From contig MU053216.1 in the NCBI GenBank assembly GCA_013239625.1, forward strand, positions 1,888,943 to 1,952,942: DNA of 64,000 nucleotides, given 5' to 3'. Below the pieces are notes generated by a model, which saw only the letters and a list, made by a program, of their open reading frames with translations, was not told where the DNA came from and did no database searches. The position numbers were made by a program, and so were the translations under genes. Origin of the DNA: Lama guanicoe (taxonomy: Eukaryota). This document shows, in pieces, positions 14,013 through 26,860 of the stretch (position 1 is the stretch's first letter; each line of letters opens with the position of its first letter).

Positions 14013-15299
14013 GAGGTGTAATTCCACTTTGCAGAAATCTGGCCTCAGTCTACCTGCCTCAGACTTAAGCTTCACGCTCTTTCTCAAAGTAAAGTTAGAA
14101 TGGAGTCTAGGCAGCGTCTTCAGAGGCTGTGCTGGCACCAGGCTGCGAGGGCCTGGGGAAACAGGGAGCGCTCTAGGAGCTGGTCCCCATGCGCAGTGGG
14201 ACGAAGGAGGCTGGGAGGCCGCCGTCAGCCCGAAGCTCCCTTTAGAAACTGTGTCTGAGGGTCAGAAGCGCTGAGTGTGCTGCTGTGCGGTTTGGATCTG
14301 GAATTGACACATTTCTTGTTGTTTTAACGGGAAATGTTGGCTTGTTTCTACCTCACTTCCAGAATTCCCACGGCCCATCACTTCCAGGAAGAAGTACTTG
14401 GCATTCACGTTAAGTGTTTTACCAGATGGATTCACCAAGCCATTGCTTCGTCAGTGCTTCTGCCACAAAAGTATACAGACGAGGAGGAACACGGGGTGAC
14501 TCCTGGGTCCTGAGGACCACCCTGAGCAGGTATCTTAATAAAGCATGAGCTGTGTTTTGGTAACAGCCACATTGCACTGTCAAGCAAGCCTCCATTCCAA
14601 GACATTTAATGCCTCCATGGGGCTCAGGTGATTTATAGAAATGACAGGAGAAAAACAACACTCTTCACAGGAGAAGAGCAACCTATTTCTTTGAAAGTCT
14701 TTTTTCCTGAGTAACTGATAAACAGGTCACTAGGAACCAAAGGAATATCTAAACGAGGGCGTTAAACCATCGACCTCTGGCCCCGGGGGCACCCCTGCTA
14801 GAATCCTCAGGCTGCGAGGGCTGGTCCTCTCCATCCCCTCCATCCGCCCGTGAGCTCATCCGCTCCGGGAGCGGTGGATCAATATGGTGAGGGCTGGAGA
14901 TGGGTCTGTCCCGGAGGGAATGCATTAACGAGCTCCTCTCCGTGACCTTTGCCCAGCGGCACAAATTAGACTCCACCACAAACCACCGTCTTGCATGGGG
15001 ACCTTCCGTCTTCACTTGCTTTTAATCAAGCACACTGCAGGCAGACCTCAAAGATCCCTGTGAAAAATTACAGTGTGTCTCTTGTACAGACTAGGTCTTG
15101 AGGAGTTAGTTTATTTTGTTGGCAATTGGGGACCAGATGACATAAATGCATGCTTTTAAATGCATTTTTTCCTTCTTCTTCTGTTTTTTTTTTTTTTTAA
15201 CTAAAGGCGCTGGATGTCTCTCTAAGCAGGAAGTCCCACTAACGGCTTTGCTTCCTTCTTCCTGTCAGAGTTCAGGGAGATGCAGCCGCACTTGTGATC

Positions 15300-15452
15300 T
15301 CTGCTTCTCAAACATCAAGGTACCTACAGTTTCCCTGGGAATCTTGTTACAACGTAGGTTCTGATTCAGCGGGTCTGGGACTGAATTCTGCACACCTACC
15401 AAGCTGAATAGTGAGGCAGCGCCGACAGAAGACACCACCCTTTGAACCAAAA
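15300..15452. mobile_element. MER5-like hAT DNA transposon relic
   Basis: cttctcaaac...gggaatcttgtta...ttctgattcag...ggtctggg...ttctgca...ctttgaa pattern. Confidence 0.6.
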
Positions 15453-17049
15453 GTTCTAGAAAATTCCAGCACGTAGATATCCCCGTTTTAGGTGGGCATG
15501 ACCGTGCACACACAGTCTCCTGCACACACTTAAACACCAGCTTGTTGGGCACAGGAATACAGCATGGGCAAATACACCGCGATGGCAGAGAGTGAGCTGT
15601 GGCATCGGGCGGGCCTGAGGCAAAGCCGGGCTCCGTCCGTGGCCGACAGATGAGGGTGGACTTGGGTAAAGGACTTAACTCCTTGAGCCTGACTTTGGTC
15701 CAGCTTCCATCAAATTCCAACTAACACTGCCCCCCGCACCCACCTTGCGGTGGGAGCCCGCGGAGCTAACGCACGCCTAGGACTCCAGACAAGGCTTGGG
15801 CTCAGGAAGACCAGCTGTCATCACAGGCCACCGCCAGAGCCCTCCACCCTCAGCTCAGCCAACATCACAAGGCAAGAGTTCAACCCAAAATGAAACCGAA
15901 GCAACAGCTCCAGGCTTTTTCTGGATACGGTCTCTCCCCTCTCTTCCCTGTCCTGGGGGGCCGACCAGACAGAAACTGTGGCTGCTGCCCAGACTCGGCA
16001 GACTCTGACCCCGAAGGGTGAGCGCAGTGGCACCCAGCTCTCCCTAACGGCAGCGCACAGGGGTCGAGGCCCTGGTGGCCTTGGTGTGAGTGAGGGTGTG
16101 CCAAGGTTTGGGGGGATGTGGTGGTGGTTCAGGGGACACAGGGCCGGCTTGTCGTGGCTCCCGCACCCGTCTGTCTGCCCAGGGGAGCGACTTCACAGCC
16201 CCGGGTCGTGGAGGGTTTTGTGCCCCTGGGTGTCTCCGCTGACTTGCTGACGTGAAAGTTCTGGTTTGGGAACTGCGTTCCGTCGGCACCGAGCTTGAGT
16301 AAACACCCACGAGAGTGATATTTAAGCCCCTGGTTTTACAAGTGTGGTCAGAGGGTCCAAGAGGTTAAAGCTGCCCTCCCACGACACTCAGATGCTGTGT
16401 GCCCTCTGCCCCCTCCCCACCTCTCAGCACTCTGCAGGGACCGCAGGACAAAATGACATCATCACTCTTGCGGCACATGGGACGTGCGCGTGGGGACTCC
16501 GTGCTTTGGCCACTTCTCAGTTTCAACCCCCCACACGTTAACGTTGAGAGTGAGAACTCACTCTCCTCGGTCATTTTCAAGAGCGCAAAGGGTCCTGTGA
16601 TCAAAAAGTCTGAGACCTCTGCTCTGCATCAGCCGCCGTCACCTTCACGTCAGCATAAGCCGGTTTCTGAAAAGGGAAGGGCTCCACGCAGCGACCGCTG
16701 AGCCCAAAGCTCTGTGCTGGCGCCTGTGGGAGGACACAGCGGCGGGGGAGGGCGGGGACGGGCCGGGGAGAGGCCTGGAAGGCAGCGCCGCTGGCTCGGG
16801 GAAAGCGGGGGCTCTGGCCGCCGCGTGGCCCCGGCGTCGTCAGACAGACGCGGTTTCAGACAGTTCCGGGACTACGCTCACAGGGGCCAGGTCAACAGCT
16901 TGCGGTTTGGTGGTGGAATGCGCACACTTAAACGTTAGCCAAAGCAGAACACGCGAACCGCTGCGGTCATAGCGGGAGGGAAGGGACAAACTGGGAGCTC
17001 GGAGCCCGCGGTCCTGGCTACCGTGCAGAAAACAGACAGACAAGTGCAG

Positions 17050-17210
17050 CGCGGCGAGGTGCTCTACTCAGACCTTGCAGCAACTTACAACACAAAGGAA
17101 CATGAAAAGGAATGTGCGTCTGTACACGTGTGGCTGAAACAGGACGCTGTGCACCAGAAATGGACACACGTTGTAAACTGACTCGACTTCAATAAAAAAA
17201 GAACGGAAAA
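17050..17210 (+). mobile_element. GC-shifted L1 3' end fragment
   Basis: gctgtgcaccagaaatggacac...gtaaactgactcgacttcaataaaaaaa. Confidence 0.8.
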
Positions 17211-18276
17211 ATACTATGGTCATACAGGAAGGGGGAGAATTAATTTAGCTCCAGCCCCTGAGGAAGGATCCCGGTGCTGGGGCTTAAGCTCAGTCACGCC
17301 TCATGCTGTCGTGAAGGGTGCTGGTGTGAGCAGAGCACGGACAGGAGGGGTAAAGAAGTGGGCAAAGGTGGGCAGTTGAGGGTGCCCGGATTCGGGGAGT
17401 GAGCCGTAGTGGGGGCGTGAGAAGATGGTGGTGACTGGGACGAGTTTTAACTTGTGCACACCCGATGGATGGCCGAGAGAGACGTGATCAAACCAGAAAC
17501 CCAGGGTAACCGCAGGAAGCAAGGAGAGTCAGGGAAGGAAAAACCGGGGGCACTGAAGGAGGGCCTCTGGGAGGCAGTGTCAGTGATGAGTACTCATGCG
17601 TCTAGCAAGCAATGCAGACTCCACACAGATGCCCTGGCAAGTTTGAGAGGGGTCTGGCGTAACTGTCTTCATGGGGGCAATCGCCAGGAAGGCCAAGTGT
17701 GAGAGCAAAGGGCCCGACCAGAGGATGTAGAGAGAAGTCTCGCGCAAGGGCTGGGGACAGAAGCCAGCACAGGGACCACCGGGCCTCGGTGCCCGGAACC
17801 TCAGGGCTGCAGAACCAAGAGGGCAGGCGCGGCCCGGAAAGCCGTGGCCGAGGTCACCACTGATGCCTGAGGTCCCTGAGCCGCTTCCACGGGGAAGTGG
17901 GGGCCCCGCTCACACCTCCCTGTACCTCGTCAGCGGAGGAGACACCAGGAGGAGGTGGAGCTGTGGGCGCAGGGACCACGGCCATGACGGTGGCCGTGAT
18001 GGTTAAAGGCAGGACAGGACGGTGGCAGACGGGAGGCCTGGGTGGGTTTTGTGTTTTTAGGATCGGAGCCTCCACACACGTTTGGATGAGGGGACCCCGT
18101 GGATGGGACGGTGGAGATGCTGACATGGTGGGAACGACCCAAAAGAAGTGAGAGAAGGTGGGACGAGAGGAGAGAGGGACAGTTAGAAGAGAAGGGGCCT
18201 CAGACTCCCAGTGAGGGAGCAGGGCAGGGGGCTGAGGGCGCCCTGGGTCGTCCTGGAGGACAGGGTTTGAGAGGAA

Positions 18277-18430
18277 GTGTGTGTGTGTATGTGTGTGTGT
18301 GTGTGTGCGCTGGTGCAGGAGGAGGGGTGTGTGGGTGTGTGCTGGTGCAGGAGGGGTGTGAGCTGATGGAGGAGGGGTGTGTGTGTGTGCGCGCTGGTGC
18401 AGGAGGCGCGTGTGCTGATGGGCAGGTGTG
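18277..18430. repeat. (GT)n microsatellite merging into a degenerate minisatellite (gtgtgcgctggtgcaggagg units)
   Basis: Read directly; 4-5 imperfect units. Confidence 0.85.
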
Positions 18431-19791
18431 TCTCGGCAGAGGAAGAGAACACCTGCGGCCCCAACAGGGCAGGTAAGTCAGAGCCGAAAGACATCACCCG
18501 AATACGCCTTCAGCTGCTGCAGAGAACACAGCCTGCCCGCCCTCTGCTCCCCCTGGCCCCGTGTCAACCCAGGGCAGGGGTAGAGTGACAGGGGCCCCTG
18601 GGCGCAGAGCCTGTCCTCCCCTGGGGGCTGTTACCGACTCGCCGCATTGTGTGCAATGACCTGCAGTTTTGAACATTTCTAAAAACAGTTTCCGGAACTC
18701 ATTCTCCCCCCACCCTCGTGCCTTCCCATTAATAACAGGCGTAACTGTGCGGCGTAAGTGAGCCTGCCTGGCACACGGGTGAAAGGAAGCAGAGTCACTC
18801 AGCAGCAGCGACGGACCCACCCTGACTTCTGGAGTCCTTTCCCTTCCCTGCGCCTGGGGTCCACCCAGCACCCAGGCTCCTCACCCCAGAGCTGGACGCA
18901 CGGATGCTCACAACCACTCTCCCCGCTCCATCCTTCGGTGGGGACTAGGGACCAAGAGGCTTTCCATCAGACCCAAGAGAAGCGGGAGACGGTTACACAG
19001 GCTTAAGAAAACCGTCTTGTAAAATTCTGCTTAACTACAGAGCAGATACCAAATGCACGTGAATAAACACATCTATTGGTTTGAACAATAAATTGTGTTG
19101 GTCTTTACCAGGCACCTCTCTAGAGCAGAATTTCAGAAATGACATTTTCGGTGAGATGCAAGTCTGGAACCACTGTTCTAGCCTTTCTCCCCACCCCCAC
19201 GTGTCACTGGTCCTTGTAATTTCACACACGTGTGCCCTCCTCCTTCGGGGACCATTTCTCAACCACCTTGTGCATTCAGGTTCTAGCACAGTGCACTCTG
19301 CAAATTTATTTTATTTAATTTTAAAATACCATGTAAGTAGTACACTATCCCTACTGCATAGACAAGGACTTAATTAAGGTTGGGTTAAGTCACTTTCCTA
19401 AGAGCACAGGACCAGAAAGCGGCAGAGCGAGGATTTGAGGCCAAGCCTGATTCTGGTTTCCACATTAGAAGGGCTCCGTTGTGATAAGAGGGAAGTAACT
19501 GTTCGCCCAGTGCTTGCACCAAGCAGGGTGTTTGTATCAAATACAGCACCAGACTTCCAAGCATCAATGAAGGGAAGAAGACACTGACATTTCCTGAGCG
19601 TATGCTTCCGGGAGCTGGATCTGTGTGAAGTCCTTTCATCCGCCATCCCACCTCCGGCAGAAGTAAGCCTGTGTTTTACAGAGGGAGAGCCTGAGCCCTA
19701 CGCAGCCTACGTGGGAACCTACCACCAGGAGAGGGAAGACGTCGGCTCCGACCCGCCCCTCCCCGCCCCCATGACAGAATTCTGAATATAT

Positions 19792-20250
19792 TGTTACCAA
19801 ACTGAACTTGAGCCTGCTCACCCACCATCCTCAAAGCCAAGCTGACAGCAGGTCGTGGTGAAGGAAGGTACAGCGCCTACTGCAGGGCTCCAAGCAAGGA
19901 GAACGGGCAGCTCGTCCTCAAAAGACCCAAGTCCCCAGTGGCAATGTTTGTGGTGAGGGCTGCAGGGTGCGTGACCCTCTCTCCTGACGGGCTGGCGGTG
20001 AGGTAACGAGGTGGTGTTTCGAGAATTCGGGAATCTTAATCATGTCACTGCGGAACTACTCTGTTTCTTGACTGCTTTCCCTTTGTTTCTGCATTTCTTG
20101 ACTTGCCTAATTAGTGACTGTTTGAGTCTGCTCTTTGGCAAGCAGGGAAGACCTAGGAGACAAAAGTCTCTCTACAAACATGAAACGGAGGACAAGGAAA
20201 AGGGCTCGTACCCGGGAGGGCCCTGCAGGGCCCCGCTGGGGTGGTTTCAG
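19792..20250 (-). mobile_element. Probable solo ERV LTR (ERV1-like)
   Basis: Begins tgttacc (reverse complement of a ggtaaca LTR end); internal motifs resemble eutherian ERV1-type LTRs; family not assigned. Confidence 0.55.
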
Positions 20251-23200
20251 CGTCACGTGTTAGCAGTGTGCGACCCCAGCACTGCTGTTAGCCAGACCTG
20301 GTTCTCTTTCGGGGAGTGGAGTGGGTCTGTTTTCCTCTCACACTTTGTCTTACGGGTACAGGACACTTTGCTGCTGCGTTTCATTATGCCAAACATGTTT
20401 ATTGTGCTTGTATTACCAAATCAATGAATTAGAGGAGTTCCCCCAAGAGGATTAATGCATTTTTAATGAAACTGCATGATATACCTCATTATTCTCTCAG
20501 AATAATGGCAGCTCTGTGGAGTTTACATAGATAAGAGCTGAGAGTCTACCAATGGGCATCATTCGCTGTCACGTGGAAAAATATTTCTCAGATTCCATCA
20601 GGCTCTAAAATCACTGTTTATTTGCACGGCTTCCACCCTTCTCTGTGATTAGTCCACCTACACAAAGTTACTATTAATTTATGAGAAAACTATTATTCCC
20701 CTTAATCATTATTGTTTCTCTGTTTACCTTGACTCTGCACTTCAGAAGGGAACACTAACTATTAAAACAACCTTGGAACTTATCCAGGGGAAGTCCTTGA
20801 ACTCACGCTGTATACTGGACAGCAGACCTGGGGAGGCGTAAACCCAGGGGCAGCAGCAACGTTCCACGACTGTCACAGGTCTAATCCGCGGTTAGGCTAC
20901 TGCGCTGAATTACAGTCGCTTCCATTCAGTTAGTGGAATTATTCTAAAAAGATCCATAACCACAAAAACATACACAAAATAGAGTATATTCCTCGAGAGA
21001 GAGGATCCCGTCTGTACACCTCATGTGGAGTCTCTAAGTCCTGAAATGTCACTGGCACACCAATGACCCTTGCTAAGTGTTCACTGAATGAAAGAAGGAA
21101 CCTTAAAGACACCTGACCAGCCAGACGGCAATTAAACGGCCCGCTGATGACTTCAGCTGTGTAAAGGCCAGGACACCGGGAACCACGCTGCTTCAGCAGT
21201 CACTCATGGCCACACACAGGCCGCTGTCTTTCATCATCCAGGGACTATTACTAACCTGTACAGGGACCCACGGAGTGCACAAAAATTCTTACCTCCTCAC
21301 CGTTTGGATTGGTTTTAAAACCACATATGCTCACACATTTAAATTTTAAATTACTTCAAGTTGATAAGGAGGTAACTTACAGGAAACATCAAATGAAAAT
21401 TGTGTTGAAAACTGGATAACAAATGAGAGTATTTGTTACTGGAGAAGAGGCAGCTGGAATTAATGCTTTAGGATGAAATGGACTGATTTGAATTTCAGAA
21501 ATATAGTAAGTTAAACAGTGAAAATAAATGTTATGCTAAAAATCAGAATTTCTAGACTGAAACACTTGGAGACACACTGTCTGAGCTTGCCTCCTTGGGG
21601 CCCAGGCTAGGAGCGCCACTCTAATTCCAGAGAAAAGTATACATTTTTTTCAGGTAGCTTGCATACATTTTTAGATTAAAAACTGATTAATACGAGTAAA
21701 AGCTCTGTAGATTCACAGCCAGTGTTTTGGGGGCTTATGTTGAAAAGCTGACCACTAATTATAAAAGCCTGACTGCACTAATCAATCGCTCAGATCCACG
21801 TTAGGCGCCCATTACAGACATAAACACGGGAATATCTCTCCCTTAAGTAATGCGCTAAAATCATGCGTCTAAAACATTCTCATATGAAACGCATAAACAG
21901 TCTTATCATTAAAGTTCCTTTCAAAATAATGAATTGACTTTTGTGTGTACATTACACACATAAAAGACGTTTTTAAATTTCACTTGTTTCCTAATTTTTT
22001 AAACTTGTTTTATATGTTTACAATGGCAAATGTCAATCAAATAATTAACGAATACCAAGCAGCCTGGTGCAAAACATCTCATGTGATGGTCTCATAACAA
22101 CAACGAAAAGTCATTTTTTGTTCTTTAAGGAACTTTTAGAATTGAACACGTGAATGTGATCACGATGGTGTCTAGAACGGAGACACACTGATCTTGGAAG
22201 AAGTGCGTCTGTTGTATCCAAGTCTGTTTTCAGCTTCTCTCCCCCAATCCAGAGATGTTTCTAGACTGCAGATGACAAAAACATCCTCTTACAAGCAAGC
22301 TTCCGGAGAGCAGTCGCCTGTCACACACATGCCGTCCCTCCCTGCCCTCCAGTGAGAACTGCCTCTCTCCCTCTGGCATTTAGGAAAAAAGCAAGCTCTT
22401 AAATAGATACAACCCAGAGGAAAAACCAGAAATAGAAGAAGCCAGACACCTGCTGACAAACAGTGACAAATCCCACTGATACCCAGTGACCCCCCAGTTA
22501 GTCGAGATTTAATTAAGGGCATAATTAAGTCAGTGGAACAGAACACTAATGAGTGTTTTTTTTAAATATGGGTAATTATACGTGAAAATACCAAGTGTGG
22601 TGGAGACCTAAATATATCATTAAAACGAACTGTATAGAGTAACAAACAGCCGGCGAAGGGTGCCTCTTCTATGGCTGTTAAAAAAAAAGTGGAACATGTC
22701 TCAGGTTGAATAACACTCTGGCAAGTTTACGTTGGCTTCATGCTGGGAACGTTTGTTATTCTAATTTTGCAACAATAAGCGACTATGGGTATTGAGATCC
22801 TGTTTCCAATGCAGATTCCATTGGCTTTGAAGTCCTTCTGCGTGGAGCATTTTGTCCAACTGCAAATGAGCAATTAAGAGACTGTTTGCAAGTATTTGGC
22901 CTCCTGCGGGTCGGCTTCTGGAAGTGCCCATCTGAGCGGGAGACTCTGACAGATGCGGGACTGGCGGGCTTCACTCACTCCCATTATGTGGGCTCCTTTG
23001 ATTTGATCACAGGACGGTGGTCTGCGGACTGGGAAACACCACGCAGGAAGGGTAGATGGGGCTGACATAAAGCTGGTAGCTTTTCACATGTGAAAACGCG
23101 GTCACGAGCAACACAAGTCTAAAACCACCGTGTTACATGCTGCGCTGAGAAGACGCGGGTGTCTCGGGACCTGCCCTTCTGCCGGGATGATTTTCTCCAC

Positions 23201-25769
23201 GGTGCTTCCACCGGGGGTGGGGGGCCTGAGGTCCTCATCTACCCAAGCGACAAGTGGAAAAGCAGCCGCTCAGCTGCGAGCACGCGCCATCCAACTGTCC
23301 ACGTGATCACGACTCTGACGGTTTCCTTTAAAAACACCGGGTTCCTCTGCTGTGACCAAAAATTGACAACACTGTAAACGGACTGTGCTCCAATGAAAAA
23401 AGTGAGTCCATCTCCCACCTGCAGATACGACACACGTCTCTCCAGTCTCCCCGCGTCTGTCTGGTCCAGCCTGCGCTCTTACAATATTCCAGAGGGAAAG
23501 GACACCTTCATAAGCCCCTTATCAGCAGGGCCAATGGCCAGGCACCGCATCTTTCTAATGGGAGCCAGGCTGGATTTTGTCTGAATAAGGATGGAGGTGA
23601 GGTGCCTTACACAGCGCATGTGAAATTATTTATCATTTGTTGCACAACTGCCTCTCACTCAAAAAGTAAATTCCTATCGGTAGTTAAATATCATCAGATT
23701 GGCTGCCTGATATTAACTGCTTATAAATCCCAATGTACCTGTGGTGACAATGGCAGGTTTCCCCGTGTGAAGAATTTGCTCTTGACAAAGGCATTCTGTG
23801 CACAAATGTCCACGGATAGAATTCTGACACTCCATACAGTGGTGTGAGTATTCTCCAAACACAAGGGCCGTGGAACACAAAAGAACTGGGAAGAAAAGTC
23901 ACCTTTCGTTTAAACAGTGAGTTTATAGAGCTTACTGCTCCATCATGCTTACCATAAAAATAAGCATTCTCTCTCTGCCCAGGCTAGTGTAACAGTTCCC
24001 AGGAATTATAGCCAAGATTTCTGATGTACACACACCCCAAACCTGAGCTAATAATTAATTTCAGTTGCTTATAAACCAAGGCACATTAGAATTCCAGACA
24101 TCTGAGTGAGTGGTAAGCCTGCAGACCCCGGGAGGCAGAGACGAGTGGCTCCTGGGGCTTCAGAATCAGTTGTACAACTTTTGGAGGCCGCACGGGTTAA
24201 AGCACGATCCTGGGCCCGTTAATCTCGGGACCAGCTCAGTTCACCTGTAACAGCTGAGCCATGGGACGCATTTTTAGGTGCCCATGCCCGGCGGTTCCTG
24301 GTTAGGCAAATTGATCATTAGTCTCTGTGTGAAGCATCTTTCCCCAACGATCTGTTCTCTTCCTTCCCCAAACCACAGCAAACCTTCTGAACACAGTAAT
24401 AAAACTGACTGAGCCATTATTACAGGCTTCGGGGAACGCCAAACAGAAAGTCCAAAGCGGCTGGGTGGGATCTCGTTTCACCCCAGCCAACGCCCGAGAC
24501 CCCGATGGCCGGGCGTCATCCTGAGCCCGCCTTGGCCGCCTCTCACACAAGGACGCGGTGCCTTCCCCACATCCCTCCACCCTCTCTCTCTTTTTCTTCT
24601 TTTCTTTTTTTTTTGGGCCAGGCCGCCCTTACCAAGTTCTGGATGAATGAACAGAAGTGCCTTTCCTCCCCCATTTGCCTCCCGGTTCAAAAGGAACCAG
24701 TAAAACAGCAGCCCCAGAAATCCCACGCAGCCTGGGGGCCGCCCTGCACACGTCTCCGTTTCTAAGGCGTGAGAGCGGCTGGAGAGCTCAGCAAAATTTT
24801 TATGGACGGGAGCAGGCCCAAGGAAAACTCGCCCGCCATAACCAATTGTGGACAGAGGATCATCCATCAGCAGACAAATGCAGGAACTCCAGAATGTCTC
24901 TCCTCAAATGAAATAATATATCTTTGAAAGCCAATGCCCGTTTTAGGCCCGAGGCCCATATATCAAGCCCGCGCGGCTGGTGGAATCGCTCCAGGGCCAT
25001 TAACCTTCCACCTGTTCCCCCTTGTCCTTCAGGATGAGACCCTGCCCTTGATTTTCCTCCCTTCCCCTGTTCATCTCCCGACAGAGTGTAAATGTAAAGC
25101 ATGGGCCTGGGAAATAACTCAAAGGCAATGGACCAGGGGCCTGGTGACAAATCTCTGCCACTGGCACTGTGACTTATGCAGGCAGTTTGTCACACACGAG
25201 CCAGGTGACCTCTGTGACATAACAGAGAAAAATATCGCCAGAGGTCTGAGATGGGAGTCGGCGCTCTGAGCAGCTCTGCTCCACAGAGTGAGCGGGGGAG
25301 CTGGTACCCGAGATGCTCCTCCGACCAACGACGGCGGTGCCGGGGAAACCGGAGCGGCAGGCGGGACCCCCTCACTGAAGCCATCTCTGTCCAGGGAACT
25401 GGGGGCTTCCCTGTAAGATCAGGGTGAGAATTTTCGTGTTCCTGATAATGCCTTGTACTCGCTGCGAGAGCCGGAGACAGGCAACGTACATCCACCCAAT
25501 TGGACCTTAATGCAGAGATGTTAACAGAATTCGAAGAATGTAAAGGTGAGCCCATGAGGAATGTGTCCGTCTGAGGACTTAAAAGCTATAGTGATGAAGG
25601 AAACAAAGTTTTCCTAAAGCTTATAAATTTGCTAGATGAAAGAAGCGGGCGAGCACAGCTGTTGAGACATAACACTGCTCATTAACACGGATCACACGTT
25701 CAGTTCTGTACGGCTCACGTGCGAAGGCACTAAAGGAGCAAATGAGATCACGAGCAAGAAAGTCCAAAC

Positions 25770-26025
25770 CTCTCACAGTCACAGGAAACAAACTTACGTT
25801 ACCGAAGGGGAAAGGGAGGCACAGGGATAAACTGGGAATTTAGGATTAATAGATGCACACTGCAATATATAAAACAGATAAACAACCAGGACCTAGTAGG
25901 AACTATATTCAATATCTTGTAATAACCTATAATGGAAAAGAATGTATATGTGTGTGTGTAGCTGAACCACTTGGCCGTACACTTGAAACACTGTAAATCA
26001 ACTACGCTTCAATTAAAAAAAAATA
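25770..26025 (+). mobile_element. L1 3' UTR fragment
   Basis: aaacttacgttaccgaaggggaaaggg...gaactatattcaatatcttgtaataacc, ending in poly(A). Confidence 0.85.
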
Positions 26026-26699
26026 AGACATAAATGGTCATTTTAAAAAAAGTCCAAACATGACAATTAGAAATTTAGGAAAATGTAGAATGGCTTTAAA
26101 AAAAAAACAAAAAAACAAACAAAAAAATCCAGAGCTATATACTGGAAGGAAATCAGCAGTTTAAATATTCTTAAATCTGAATTAGAATTAATTCCTACTT
26201 TGTATGTGTTACTTGAATTGTGACTGTCCAGCCATTTCGTGCACCCCAGCGCTCTGTGCCGGCTACAGAAAGTGAACAAGGCTGGAAACAGCCCTCCCCA
26301 GCCCCCTGTCTCCTGGGTGGGAGCATCTAATGTTGAATTTTTCATACAGTAAAAACCAAAACTGCTTGACTCACTGATTGGGAGATGCAAGCAGACCACA
26401 GCTCACTGACTTCCTGTCCAAAGCAAGGCCTCCCGCTGGGACACGTGCTGGGACGCGTGGCACCGCCGTCACCTCTAGCTCTACACACAGGACCCCTTCC
26501 AAGCGCTGCACACACCAGGCTGCAGCTGGCCAAGGAGTGTACACGCCCTCCTTCCAGCAGGGCGGGCTGCACCAACGTCAAACTCCCCACATGTGCAAAT
26601 GTTACAAAGTAAAAACAGTCAACTTTCAAAAAAATAAGGAGAAAGTTCTAATGCTAAAGTTTTAAGCAGTTTTTAAGTGCCGGTTTAAATCTTCACAGA

Positions 26700-26860
26700 A
26701 ACACGAAGCTACCTCGCCACCACCCCTGGGCTCTGAGGGGCCTGTGAAGCCCTAGGATTGCACACAAAAGCTTATTTACGCATTTTTTTCTGGGAAGAGT
26801 CATAATGACTTTTCTTAGGTACTCAAAGGTGTTTGTGACCCAAAGAAGGTTAACAGTGAT
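26700..26860. mobile_element. Probable hAT-Charlie-type DNA transposon relic
   Basis: ttttctgggaagag...ctcaaagg...tgacccaaagaaggttaa end motif. Confidence 0.4.
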
